This document shows, piece by piece, positions 38,107 through 49,398 of a stretch of DNA of 64,000 bases (position 1 is its first letter; every line of letters starts with the position of its first letter). The translations under genes and the position numbers were made by a program. Under the pieces are notes generated by a model that ran no database searches, was not told the origin of the DNA, and worked only from the letters and a program-made list of their open reading frames with translations. Source of the stretch: Selaginella moellendorffii. Lineage: Eukaryota; Plantae; Lycopodiophyta. The stretch covers positions 292,181 to 356,180 of the forward strand of contig NW_003314311.1 in NCBI RefSeq assembly GCF_000143415.4. Direction: 5' to 3'.

Positions 38107-41100
38107 ATGGTAAGTCTTTTAGACGAAGTAGAAAATGGCATGAGGCCACATGCCATTCAGTAGCAACATTGGCATGCACCGATTGGGCTCTCGAGTGCAG
38201 TCCGGTTACAGATGGCGTGTAGCCTCACGCCATCTTAGGATGCAGCCTCAAGACATCTGATGCAGTGGTGAATGGCGTGTGGCCTCACGTTATTTCCAGC
38301 TGCTAGCTTTTCATCTGTCAGCTCTAATTGTTGTGCATTTTTGAACAGGCGAGGAATTGCATTCTTCTTCCAGCCACTGTCAATGTGGATGCAGAGAAGG
38401 GGGAGGAGCTCACCAGTTGGACTTTCGGGATGGAAGGCGAGGATCTGATGCTGTACAACACAGATGGTGGGAGAAAAGACTGCATGGGGATCCTCATCCA
38501 AGTGACAGACACTCCATGCAGTTCCATGCAAGAATATGGACTGGCACTTGTGGTAGAGACAGCGTTCGCCTTCAAGATCCACCTTGCACATCCTAGCGGC
38601 TTCCCGGAGGGGGGCAGCGGCTATGAGGAATTCCTAGAGGGAGCTAGGGAGAGGTTGTCCAGGAGGCCCACAATTTCAAAGACGCTGCGGGTCTATGAAG
38701 ATCACATGGAATCCACGGACCTCACCTACGGCGATGTTCAAAAACTATATTCCAACATTGAGCCGTTGAGAGTGCCTCCAGTTTGCGAAGCGAAGGGGAA
38801 GGGGGTCGATCTGGAAACTACCCCGAAGCAGAAAAGGGTGGTCAAGCTCAAGCCGACGTCCGACTCTGCTGCTCCAAAAAAGAAGCTACTCGGTGATGCC
38901 ATTGCCTCGGGTTCNNNNNNNNNNNNNNNNNNNNNNNNNNNNNNNNNNNNNNNNNNNNNNNNNNNNNNNNNNNNNNNNNNNNNNNNNNNNNNNNNNNNNN
39001 NNNNNNNNNNNNNNTCGTCGCAGATAATAGTACTTGTTACTATTCCAACAAAGTATATACAATCGACGTGAGCCGTATCGAGATCCAAGCAAATACAACC
39101 ACAGGCTAGTATCTGATGAGTGGGTGGAGAAACTGAAGCAGAAGATGCTGGCAAGTCCAGTAACACCCGACATCGCAGACGTGATCCCCTACTACCGAAC
39201 AATGAAGGGCGAGACGAGGTTTCCAGACTTGATCAATAGGAAGGTGTTGGACGATCAGAACATCCGGTTCTATGCCGTCTCCGGGCAGCATTCTAGCTTG
39301 GCGATGCAACAGATAGTTGTGGATATTATGGTGGGCGAGGAGGTGAAGAAAGTCTTCAAGACAAGAGTTGTCCGCCTGATAAAAGGCAACTCGCCCCTCC
39401 GATCTATCATATACATCTCCCACGCGCAGAATGTCAAGCAAGAAACGTGCTACAAATCGGGTCTGCACGAGACATTGGCACGAACACGGAAGCTCTGGGT
39501 TCAACTGAAGAAGCCACAAAAACCAGGACAAGGACGTGCACTAGCAACTAGCGCCTGGCAGGTAAGCCTCGTTGCATGTGGCATAGCATGTGGCCTCACG
39601 CCATTTCCATTGCAGGAATTCTCGAGTCTTCTCTCGAAAACACTGGGGGTCAATGACACACTCAGCATCCATAACATTCTACTCGCGACAAAAGTTGTTT
39701 TTGACAAATGGGTAGATGTGCTAAGGAGGTACCATGACGGGGAGTTGCTAAACTCAATGGGTGTGGAGGACGGCCGGAAGCCCAATGATTTGAAGCTCAA
39801 CGCCTTGCGTTTCTCGCGGTCTCTAGACGACGACGACCTTCTGACAGTGGCTAATGCTCTTCTACGTGGTGAGGTAGTCTTCAACAAGACCAAAATGACT
39901 CCCGGCCATATTGTGACATACGAGGACTTGTGCACGACTCTGAGAGCTCGTACGCTATTGAAGGATTGGATCTTCGAGCAAGTGGCCGTGGCGAGGGTGA
40001 GCATCGACACCACGCAAGAGATGATGGAAGAGCTGGACTTGTCAAATGAAGACATCGACGAGTACGTGAAGGGGGCCCCCAAGTTCATCGATCTGCTGCG
40101 GGATGCCACGAAAAGTAAAGCTGAGAAGTTGGATCAGTATCCAAATTTCATTAAGAGGGATGTCGACCGCCGGCTTCAGAAACAGCTCGACCCCGCAGCA
40201 GAGGCCTATCGAGAACCTTACCGGGTATACGTGAATTCGGATGAGGATCAAAGGTGGAGGAGCATCGTTTCCCGCGGAGATGAGCAGGTCAAGAACATCT
40301 TTTGTGTGATGGACTTCACAAACGAGGAGATCACTCATGCAGACGAAGTCAGCTCCATCATTGACTTAATGGTGGGACTTGCGGAGGTGGAATCTTCAGT
40401 CCACTATATGATCTACGACTCCGAATCCTATCACAAGTTCTGGAAGGCCTTGAACGAGGTGAAGGCTCGGTTGAAAGGCAAGGAGATGCGGGAGATCCAT
40501 GGGATAATGGCTAAGAAGAAGATACCGACGAATGTCCGCATCTTCACAGTCGCCCTTGTTATTGGTCCTGCAGCAGAGTGGGACTGGAGTGACTTCCCAG
40601 CTTCGTTCAACAAAGCCGATCGAATTGATCTGAGGGAGGTCAATTTACCCGTGCCTGAGGAACTGAAGACGGCTATGGAGCTTTCGAATCCAAAGAAAGC
40701 TCCAGGTGCAGCATGGGAAATGCTCAGCTGGGTCTTCAACGCAATAGCGGGTGACTCCAAGGGCAAATGCGTTGTCGAGTACAACTGCGGCGGACTATTC
40801 TTTCGAGCCGCACTACTCAAGGGTGTCCCGTGTGTTGCGGTGACAAACTCCATTGAAGAGGTGACTTCAATGGAGCATATAATTACAGTTGCCAAAGAAA
40901 AACAGTATCTTCTCTACGAACCTGGTGAGTACACACTTTAAGTTTAAATGTTATCTCACAAGCTCTGTATGCAGGAGCGTGGCCACCCCCAGATGCTGAA
41001 ACGGCGTTAACAGCTACTGATGTTAGGCCGAGGTCACAACCTGCACAAGGTAAGGTCACGTGAGGCCTCACGCCATTTTGATTATAGATCGTTGTGAATA

Positions 41101-43731
41101 TTCAGACACGAGGACTGAAAAGCGCACTGGTGGCGCGTCGAAGAAGGACAAACAGACAAGCAATAGGAAAAAAGGAGGTACAAATTATATTTGCAATGGC
41201 GTGTGGTCTCATGCCATTCCTTGCAGGAGACACTTCTTCAAAGGCAAAACAGGCAAGCACCAGCCAAGCTCAAACTGACAGTGGTCATAAAAAGCGAAAG
41301 CACGTTGGACAGTCGTCGGGATCAGAGGCGTTTGATTCGAAAAGGAAGAAGGGCAACGAAAAGATGATAGGTAATGCCTCGCGGTTATGGCGTGTGTGCT
41401 CATGCCATTCATTGCAGATCAAGGGCTGAGTGAAAGGAGCCAGTCACCACCTTCTGACTCAGATTCCTATGGCGGACTCCCCTTCCCCAATCTCAATGGA
41501 GAGGTACAATGGATGAGGGATGCTTTTCAAGTCAGAGCCACGTTTTTCTCATCTCGTCGTCTTCGAAGGGTGCAAGAACGTGCAGAAACCATGTTAAGAC
41601 AGTCGGGTGAGGATACGGTCCTAGGTCACGCACTAAAACAGGCTATGGATGTCTTGTATTTTGAGATGGAGACTCGGCCAGATGATTTTTCCAAGATGGT
41701 CCTGGAAAAACAAGCAATCCAGCCTGAGCAGCCTATGGAAGAAATGCAAGAGGGGGATGAGGAGCCAGAGAAAGATAATGAGCAGGAAGAGCAGAAGGAC
41801 GAAGAGGAGGACGAAGAAGAGGAGGACGAAGAAGAGGAGGACGAAGAGGACTTGGATGGTCCTCACAATGGTGACGATCACAATAACGACGATGACGATG
41901 ATGACGATGATGGCCAGCCTGAGGTGGCCAAAGAGCAGCGGAGGAAGGTCATACAAGACAAACCATCAGGTAAATAATAGTACATCCATTCCTAACCTTT
42001 TACCATTTCTAACATTGTCCATGTAGGTCGCAGAAGAAATGGTAAGTAGAGATTATTCAGTTGAATTAAGATACAAACTCTAGCCTTTAGTGTCGAGGAA
42101 GGATAGTGCCAAGCAAGGGTCGAAACGTATGTCCAATCCTTCAGAATCAGCAGTGCGCCCAAGTGATATCGGTCCTAGTTCCTCAATAGCAGTTGATGGT
42201 AAATACAGTATAGTCGATTCAATGTGCTAATGAGTTTGTTTTTAGTAGCACGGGAGGATACCATCTCAATCGAAGGGAGATATTTGGACATGCATATGGA
42301 TCCGCCAGTGGACTCTACTTGCCTGCAAGAGTCATCAGAGCTGGTGGAGGCTACTATCCATATCAACGCCAAGCAAGCTGACCACGCTCCACTTGATGCT
42401 GCCCATACCACTGAGTCAATCTTGTCCACGTATCCAACTGACGGTGACCAGGCGCCATTGGACCCGCATGAGGCCGCCCCAGCCGCCGAGCCGGTCGTAT
42501 CCTCATTTCCAACGTGTGCCCAATCGTCTGACTACGCGCCGTTGGAACCTCCCTACACCGCCCCTGCTGCCTGTTCGGTCATGTCCACTTTGCCAACGGA
42601 GGCACCAGCTGAAATGGCGTGTGATCACACGCCATCGGAACCACCCCATGCCACTGTTGAGCCAGTTGTACCAGAGTCTACAGCTGAAATGGCATGTGCC
42701 CACACGCCATCGGATGCGATTGACCCCACATTGCAGAGGAGAGTATTTCCGCCCTTCACGTTTCCTCGACCAAAACCCTCTGAATGACCATCGGGAGCAC
42801 CATTCGCTAATATTGTAGATGGTAAAATTGACTTGTACCATTTTTTATGCTAACGCATTTCATTTCAGAGTCACGGCGAAAGTACTGTATCGTTTTTGAT
42901 CTGAATGGTGTCCTTTTCTCCCATGAGCGTGGCTCGTCCTCGAATGTCACTGCACCCTCCAAAGCCTGCGGTCGCAAGTTGGTCAAAAGAGACAGATTCA
43001 CATTAATCACACGGGAGAAACTGCGGGATCTAATAATGACCATGCGACACTTAAAACAGAGGGCCGGGTTCAATTTGCAATTGGGAGTTTGGACATCCAT
43101 GATGCGCCACAATGCATTAACGTTGCTACAGATGATGCACGATCAGACACGAGTAATATTACCATTTGACTTTCTCCTAACGCAGGAGGATTGCTTGACT
43201 ATGGTCCATGTGAGGGGTAGCAAGCCCATCTTCGTCAAGGCAGAGGCTGTAGTGATGAACCGGACTGCTAGGTCAAGTGAAATCCTCATCATCGATGACT
43301 CGCCGATTAAAACTGCAGCGAACACGCACACATATGCAGTGCACCCCATCTCTTGCAGTATGGAAACTAGGGAGAAGAAACTGTATGTTCTGGGGGACCT
43401 TGCAAAACGGCTTGAAGCGATGGTGATAGAGAACCGGCCAGTCTAGGAGGTGGCTGCAGAAATCAACCAAATGGCAGATGGAACGGTATATCAGAAGCCA
43501 TTTGATCGGACAGACACCAGTCATCATTTATGGCATGTATATTGTCTAGCCAAGCACTATCCGCATCTCCATAATCTGCTCAACCGGATGGGTTCTTCGA
43601 CCACTGAACATGAGCGTGGACGTATTAGAGAAGAGATGGCATTACTATTGGGTTTAAATCCTGATAGTGTGGAGAGTGATGAAATTCCAAGATTATTGTA
43701 TAGGCGTTGGAGGCAAAAAATAACAGTCTGA
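38107..43731 (+). pseudogene. Transposon cargo gene, ~10 exons: N-terminal region, ParB/DGQHR-like domain, degenerate N6/N4 DNA-methyltransferase-like fold, acidic linker, FCP1/NIF-like HAD phosphatase; disabled in this copy
   Basis: ATG at 38107 is followed by GTAAGT. Frame-consistent introns lie at 38110-38348, 39562-39615, 40925-40974, 41050-41105, 41178-41226, 41371-41417, 41970-42026, 42042-42090, ~42199-42245 and 42822-42868. Motifs include YNHRLVSDEWVEKL...FYAVSGQHS, VVEYNCGG...AALLKGVPCVAV and IVFDLNGVL...VWTS...IIDDSPIK. Lesions: 1-nt frameshift at ~39085, stops at 42785 and 43444, N gap at 38915-39014. Confidence 0.7.
42869..43731 (+). CDS. FCP1/SCP (NIF)-like HAD phosphatase domain exon (last exon of the cargo gene)
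   Basis: HAD motif I variant DLNGVL, motif II GVWTS, motif IV IIDDSPIK; in-frame continuation after TAG at 43444. Confidence 0.75.
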
Positions 43732-44162
43732 GATGGCATGTATTTATTTAAAAATGTAACTTATTATGGCATGGGGTTCCATGCCATTGTATTAATATTA
43801 AAAGACAATTCTTTGAGAGGATTTGCATTATACTAGAAGTGTTACAGCATGTTATTGGAAGTCTACGAAGTTGTTTTATTAATAAGGGGAAAGTAAAGAT
43901 TGAATGGGGACTTGGGCTCCACCTAGACTCGGAGCAACTGAGCCAATATTAAAAGGATGGAAAGAAATTGGACGACAATGACAAGGAGAAGAGAGAGGTG
44001 AAGCAGTGAGAAGTGATTGAGTAGACATTTCCTTGTTTAAAATAAAATGGCATGTGCCTCAATGCAGTTGAATTTTGTTATATTTATATACTATATAAAG
44101 GTTTGGAAACCTTATTTTACAAGTGGGATAATGACAATTCCCACTTTAACGAAATAGAGCTT

Positions 44163-47100
44163 GACCAGAAAAATCCCTTTTTCAATGAAGCCAGAGTCTT
44201 TCGCTTTCCACCATGTCCCGCTGCCGGAACATCATGATGTTCCCGCAGAAATAATTGCTGAAGATCCTTAGAGGGAAGATACAATCTTTCTTGCTTATAG
44301 AATATAAGCCCATCCCGAACTGAGAAGTGAAGTTTCGCATTAGTGCGACTAGCAACTTTTGCTGCTTCGCTACCAGGGCTCTGCTTCAACAACCCCGCAC
44401 GGCATAAGATTGCCTTCGCCAATGGATCACTTCCATACGAAGCCCGAACGTCTTCCAACCAGTCCGAACTTATTGCTGATATGGCCCGGAATTGAGCTTG
44501 ACGACTCAATGCATCCGGAACAACATTGTCTTTACCAGGTTTATATATGATTTCAATATCATATCTAGCAAGCTTCTCTTGCCAACGAGCCTGCTTCGGC
44601 ATAAGCTTAGGCTGCGTAGCAAAGTAGCTTAGTGTGTTACTATCTGTATAAACCTTGGTGTGTCCACCCAAGTAGTGTCTCCAGTGTTCCAGGGCCGACA
44701 CTATAGCAAACATCTCTTTCTCATGCGTTGGCCATCTTCGTTGGGTTTCATCCAATTTCTTGGAATAGAACGCAACGGGACAACCATGTCGCCTTAGCGT
44801 AACACCAACCACTTTGTCACAATCTTGCTGTAACACGGCACCAATAGCATATCCAGACGCATCACAATGCACTTCGAAGGGTTTATCAAGATCTGGGATC
44901 CTGAGAACAGGAACCGTAGTCAAGATCTCCTTCAACCGTACAAAAGCACGCTGACAAGCTGGTGTCCAATGAAACGGAATATTACTCTTCGTTAACTCAG
45001 TTAACGGAAGAGCAATTCTTGCAAAATTGCGGACAAACTTGCGATAGTATCCCGCCAAACCGAGAAAGGAACGAACATCTGATACAGTGGTCGGGATTTC
45101 CCAAGACTTCACCGCTTCCACTTTCTTTGGATCGACTTCAATCACGCCACCACCAACTATATGTCCGAGAAAGTTTACACGCAATTGACCAAAAGCGCAT
45201 TTACTTTCCTTAGCATACAGTTTGTGTTCGCGCAACTTCTGAAACACCAGCTCCAAGTGTTTCAAATGATCCTCCAACGTCTCGCTGAAGACTAGAACAT
45301 CGTCGATGTATAGGACAACAAATGCGTCCAAATAATCTCCGAATATTCTATCCATCATAGTACTGAACGTTGCTGGAACATTGCATAACCCGAACGGCAT
45401 GACAAGGAACTCATAAGATCCGTACCGAGTCTTAAAGGCTGTCTTCTCCACATCCTGATCCGCCACACGTATCTGATGATACCCGGACCGCAAATCAAGT
45501 CGCGTAAAATACTTAGCCTTTAAGAGTTGGTCAAACAAGTCATCAATGCGAGGCAAAGGATAACTGTTCTTAACCGTGATCTTGTTGAGTGCCCGATAGT
45601 CAATACACATCCTCATGGTTCCATCCTTTTTCATAACAAAAAGGATTGGTGCTCCATAAGGTGACTTGCTAGGTCGGATATGACCTTTGTCAAGAAGCTT
45701 CGTGAGTTGCTTCTTGAGTTCAGCCATCTCCTTGATGTTCAACCGATACGGAGCTTTCGTGGGTGGTTTAGAACCCGGAATAACCTCAATCCGATGATCA
45801 ACCTCACGGCTAGGGGGTAGCCCTGGTGGCAAATCCTTCGGGAAGATATCTTGATTCTGCGCCAACAACTCCAATATCTTCTTTGGTACAGGATCAACCC
45901 CGTTGCCAATTCGAACAGAGTCACCCACACTCTCAGCTTCCATCACTTGAACCCAAAAGGTCCGACATCCCCTCTTAGTTGCTTTTTGAGCGGCCCTCGC
46001 AGTCAGGAACTTTCCATCCCAATCCTTTGAGGAACACTTTTGCAATTGGAAGGACACATCGGGTCGTCCTTCGGACTTCAACGTGATACGACTTTGTCCA
46101 GCACCATAAATCCCTTTTATATACTTGTTGAAGAAATCCATACCAAACACCATCTGAAAATCTGGTATCTTCAACACTACCAAGTCCACTATTTCTTTCC
46201 ACTTGGATATCTTTATTGGAACATCACTCACAAACTTTCTGGCTACTTGCCCATCTTCCGCAAACCGGAAGTGCATAGGCGACATTTGCTCAGCATTCAA
46301 TCCTAACAACTTAACTAAGTCTTCGGATATCACGCTGTGCGTAGCTCCCGTGTCAATCATCACTCGGATTCGGTATCCACGGACAAAGCCTACCAGATAC
46401 ATCAACGGATCAGTGTTTGCATTGACTGCAAGAAAAGCTTGAGGAAAGCAACGAAAGTTACTCACCTCTTCTTCCTCATAGTCTGCATTGACCAACTCGT
46501 CAACTCCTTCAGCTTCACCACCACCGTCTTCCCTCATGACATTAACCCGAGACCTTGTCTTATGCTTGTTGGGACAATCCGAGGACCTATGTCCCGACTC
46601 TCCACAATGGAAGCAATGACCCACACTACCCGTTCCGCTAGGAGCAGGTTTTGCAGGTTGCTGCTGCTTGTACCCACCAGGAGGAGGAACAGAGGGCCTA
46701 GGACCAGAAGAAGCTGCTGGTGGTCTCCAACCACCACCACCTTTGTTAACCGTTGCTTGTGAGCCTCCAGGGCGGAACCTACTTTCCACCCTCTGTTTCC
46801 GATCACCTTGTTTATTCCCAGAATTTCTATTCTTGTCCGAGTTACTAGCATACGGTTGCTGATATTGTTCCATGAGTGAGTGACTAAAGGCAACTTGCTG
46901 TGCTGCCTCCTTACACTCCAGATACGTCTTCGGCTTAAACTTCAAAATCTCATTGCGAGAAAGTGAACTTAAACCCTCCAGAAAATAACTCCGAGCATCT
47001 TCGTCACTCATATTTGCAATCATAATGCGTTTCTGAGCAAACGCATTAACGTAATGCATGAGATCACCTCGCTGCTTTAACCGCCGCAGCTCCGCGCGAA

Positions 47101-47704
47101 GTCTTAGACCAAGATCATCCGGCAAGTATTCCTTACAGATACGAGACCGCATCTTGGTCCAACTTCTAGTCTGCCCTTTTTCAGCACACACTTGGCGCCA
47201 CCAAGTTTTGGCATGATCGGTGAGAAAGGATTGCGCGCACGCAACTTTCGTACGATCATCTACGTCTGCCGTTATGAAGTAGTTCTCCATATCGTAGACC
47301 CAGTCTTCCAAAACCTGATAGTCCCGCATGCCTCTGAAGTTGGGTGGTTTTGGGGGCTTGAACTTTGAAACTCGTGCAACCAGGGGCGGCTGCAGAACTT
47401 CATCATCCTCAGAACTTGAAGAGGAGTCCGGTTGCTTAGGCTTAGCTGGTTTAGCTGCCTCAGCCTCTTTCTTCCTCTTCTTGTTCTCCTTCTTCAATTT
47501 GCGAATCTCCTTTCGCAAATTCTTGATCTCGACTTCCTGAGCCGTTCACTGCAGTGCAGCAGCAACCGGCTCTTCCTCTTCTGACTCAGCCTCAGCCTCT
47601 TCCGCAGCATCTCTAGCAGGAGTTTCCTCCTCTCGATTCGCCCGTCTAGAGGTTTCAGCATCATCTGCACGGTTCCTCTTCACCATCCTGCTAGCTGCAT
47701 GCAT
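44163..47704 (-). CDS. Ty3/Gypsy chromovirus gag-pol, 5' part (gag, zinc knuckle, protease, RT, RNase H, integrase HH); premature stop at 47546-47548
   Basis: [47 protein letters not shown] and [11 protein letters not shown]. The upstream ORF 47546-47887 is in the same frame. Confidence 0.93.
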
Positions 47705-47877
47705 GCCTCTATCAGTAACTGAACATGCATACAACGTTCTTACCAAATGGTGCAATCCAACTAATCCTACACAGGTCGCTTCGGATCTACTAGAAAAGTC
47801 TCTGCGTATGCAACTTGAGTCAGAAAATCCGACAAAAGTTGGATAGGAATCGCTGAGACAATTTCTCTGATACCAAA

Positions 47878-48751
47878 TGTAGCGCACCTGAATTTGGAGC
47901 CGAACTCCAAGCCTGTTGCGCTACGAAACGAGGGTCCGGTACAATCCCACGAGCACCAGCTCCCCGTATCCAGCACCTGCACGCAAAATGGTGTCAGACG
48001 AAGTCTGGCACAATTTTGGCATACCGGTGGCCTAACGCGAGAAGGAGGGTACTCCACCGACTAGAGCAGCATGGAGCTTGGGCTTAGACCCAAGCCGGAC
48101 GTAGAACAAGGAGCGACACAGCCCAGCGGGAGCCAAACTAATGTCTCAGGTGGTCGGACATGCATTCCAACCATTATCCTTATTATACATTTGGAACCCC
48201 CCACAGCCCCCCCCCCTTGAGGGACACACGCTTTGGGCTTTCACCCCAAGCCTCCCTTAGTACCAGGAGTTAGTCTCTGGGACAAGTCCGAAACTTACTA
48301 AATATGGAATGTCCTTGGATTGCGAATTTGGACACGGGACGAACACCATTGTGTTCAGGCTGATCTCTACATTCCGTAGATATGTCAAATGAGCTAATCT
48401 AGACACTTTCCCTAAATAGCATTTGGGACCGAAATGAGACCAACACAAAAGGTGTGATAGCGAGGGTGTTTGGCAAACACGGTAAGCTATCATCTAGCGA
48501 ATATTGAGGGACTAGTCTCAATATCGCGGGGGTTCTTGACACTAGCAAGTGCAAGCCCATGACAGGAGTTTCTCAAACCAGGCCGAGTATGCTCAGCAAG
48601 AAACACATAGGGTTCCTACCTTATGTTTATCCGATTTAAGTACACGGTCATTGACCAGTTTCTCAACTAGCTCAAGTGGGAACAATAAAGGGAACCAACT
48701 GTACCGACCTTCTGCCGTCATGGCAGTAAGGAAACAGTGTCCGTAAGGACT
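47878..48751 (-). repeat. LTR4 (type B; 5' LTR of the chromovirus), truncated; PBS TGGTATCAGAG at ~47865-47875
   Basis: Starts TGTAGCGCACCTG. Differs from 28182-29051 by only a few, mostly transition, changes. Breaks before the LTR end and is followed by an inverted LTR2-type fragment (48793-48834) and an N gap. Confidence 0.85.
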
Positions 48752-49398
48752 GACTGATTGTTAGTCTTCCATATATGTTCGCACATGCGCACTGGGCTCG
48801 TTATCAGTCTCCGCCTAAGCTAGTTGAGAAACTGNNNNNNNNNNNNNNNNNNNNNNNNNNNNNNNNNNNNNNNNNNNNNNNNNNNNNNNNNNNNNNNNNN
48901 NNNNNNNNNNNNNNNNNNNNNNNNNNNNNNNNNNNNNNNNNNNNNNNNNNNNNNNNNNNNNNNNNNNNNNNNNNNNNNNNNNNNNNNNNNNNNNNNNNNN
49001 NNNNNNNNNNNNNNNNNNNNNNNNNNNNNNNNNNNNNNNNNNNNNNNNNNNNNNNNNNNNNNNNNNNNNNNNNNNNNNNNNNNNNNNNNNNNNNNNNNNN
49101 NNNNNNNNNNNNNNNNNNNNNNNNNNNNNNNNNNNNNNNNNNNNNNNNNNNNNNNNNNNNNNNNNNNNNNNNNNNNNNNNNNNNNNNNNNNNNNNNNNNN
49201 NNNNNNNNNNNNNNNNNNNNNNNNNNNNNNNNNNNNNNNNNNNNNNNNNNNNNNNNNNNNNNNNNNNNNNNNNNNNNNNNNNNNNNNNNNNNNNNNNNNN
49301 NNNNNNNNNNNNNNNNNNNNNNNNNNNNNNNNNNNNNNNNNNNNNNNNNNNNNNNNNNNNNNNNNNNNNNNNNNNNNNNNNNNNNNNNNNNNNNNNNN

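Larger units (their letters stand above)
31120..44068. repeat. Dispersed 22-bp palindrome ATGGCRTG-N6-CAYGCCAT, ~25 copies, confined to the DNA transposon
   Basis: Copies start at about 31120, 31436, 31525, 33348, 33405, 35251, 35321, 35419, 36070, 36142, 37006, 37085, 37244, 37379, 38135, 38212, 38272, 39583, 41055, 41196, 41387, 42614, 42689 and 43766, with degenerate copies at 31932, 36034 and 44047. Confidence 0.9.
30894..44162. mobile_element. 13.3-kb TIR DNA transposon (Sola-like DDD transposase) with a large cargo gene
   Basis: Perfect 24-bp TIRs AAGCTCTATTTCGTTAAAGTGGGA (30894-30917; reverse complement 44139-44162). TSD GACC at 30890-30893 and 44163-44166. Removing the element restores the integrase frame KKGFFWSGMVGDVADYV. 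Confidence 0.92.

Noticed and set aside
31120-44068. Palindromic repeats as a CRISPR array
   Set aside because: Irregularly dispersed over 13 kb with no repeat-spacer periodicity, no cas genes, and a eukaryotic context.
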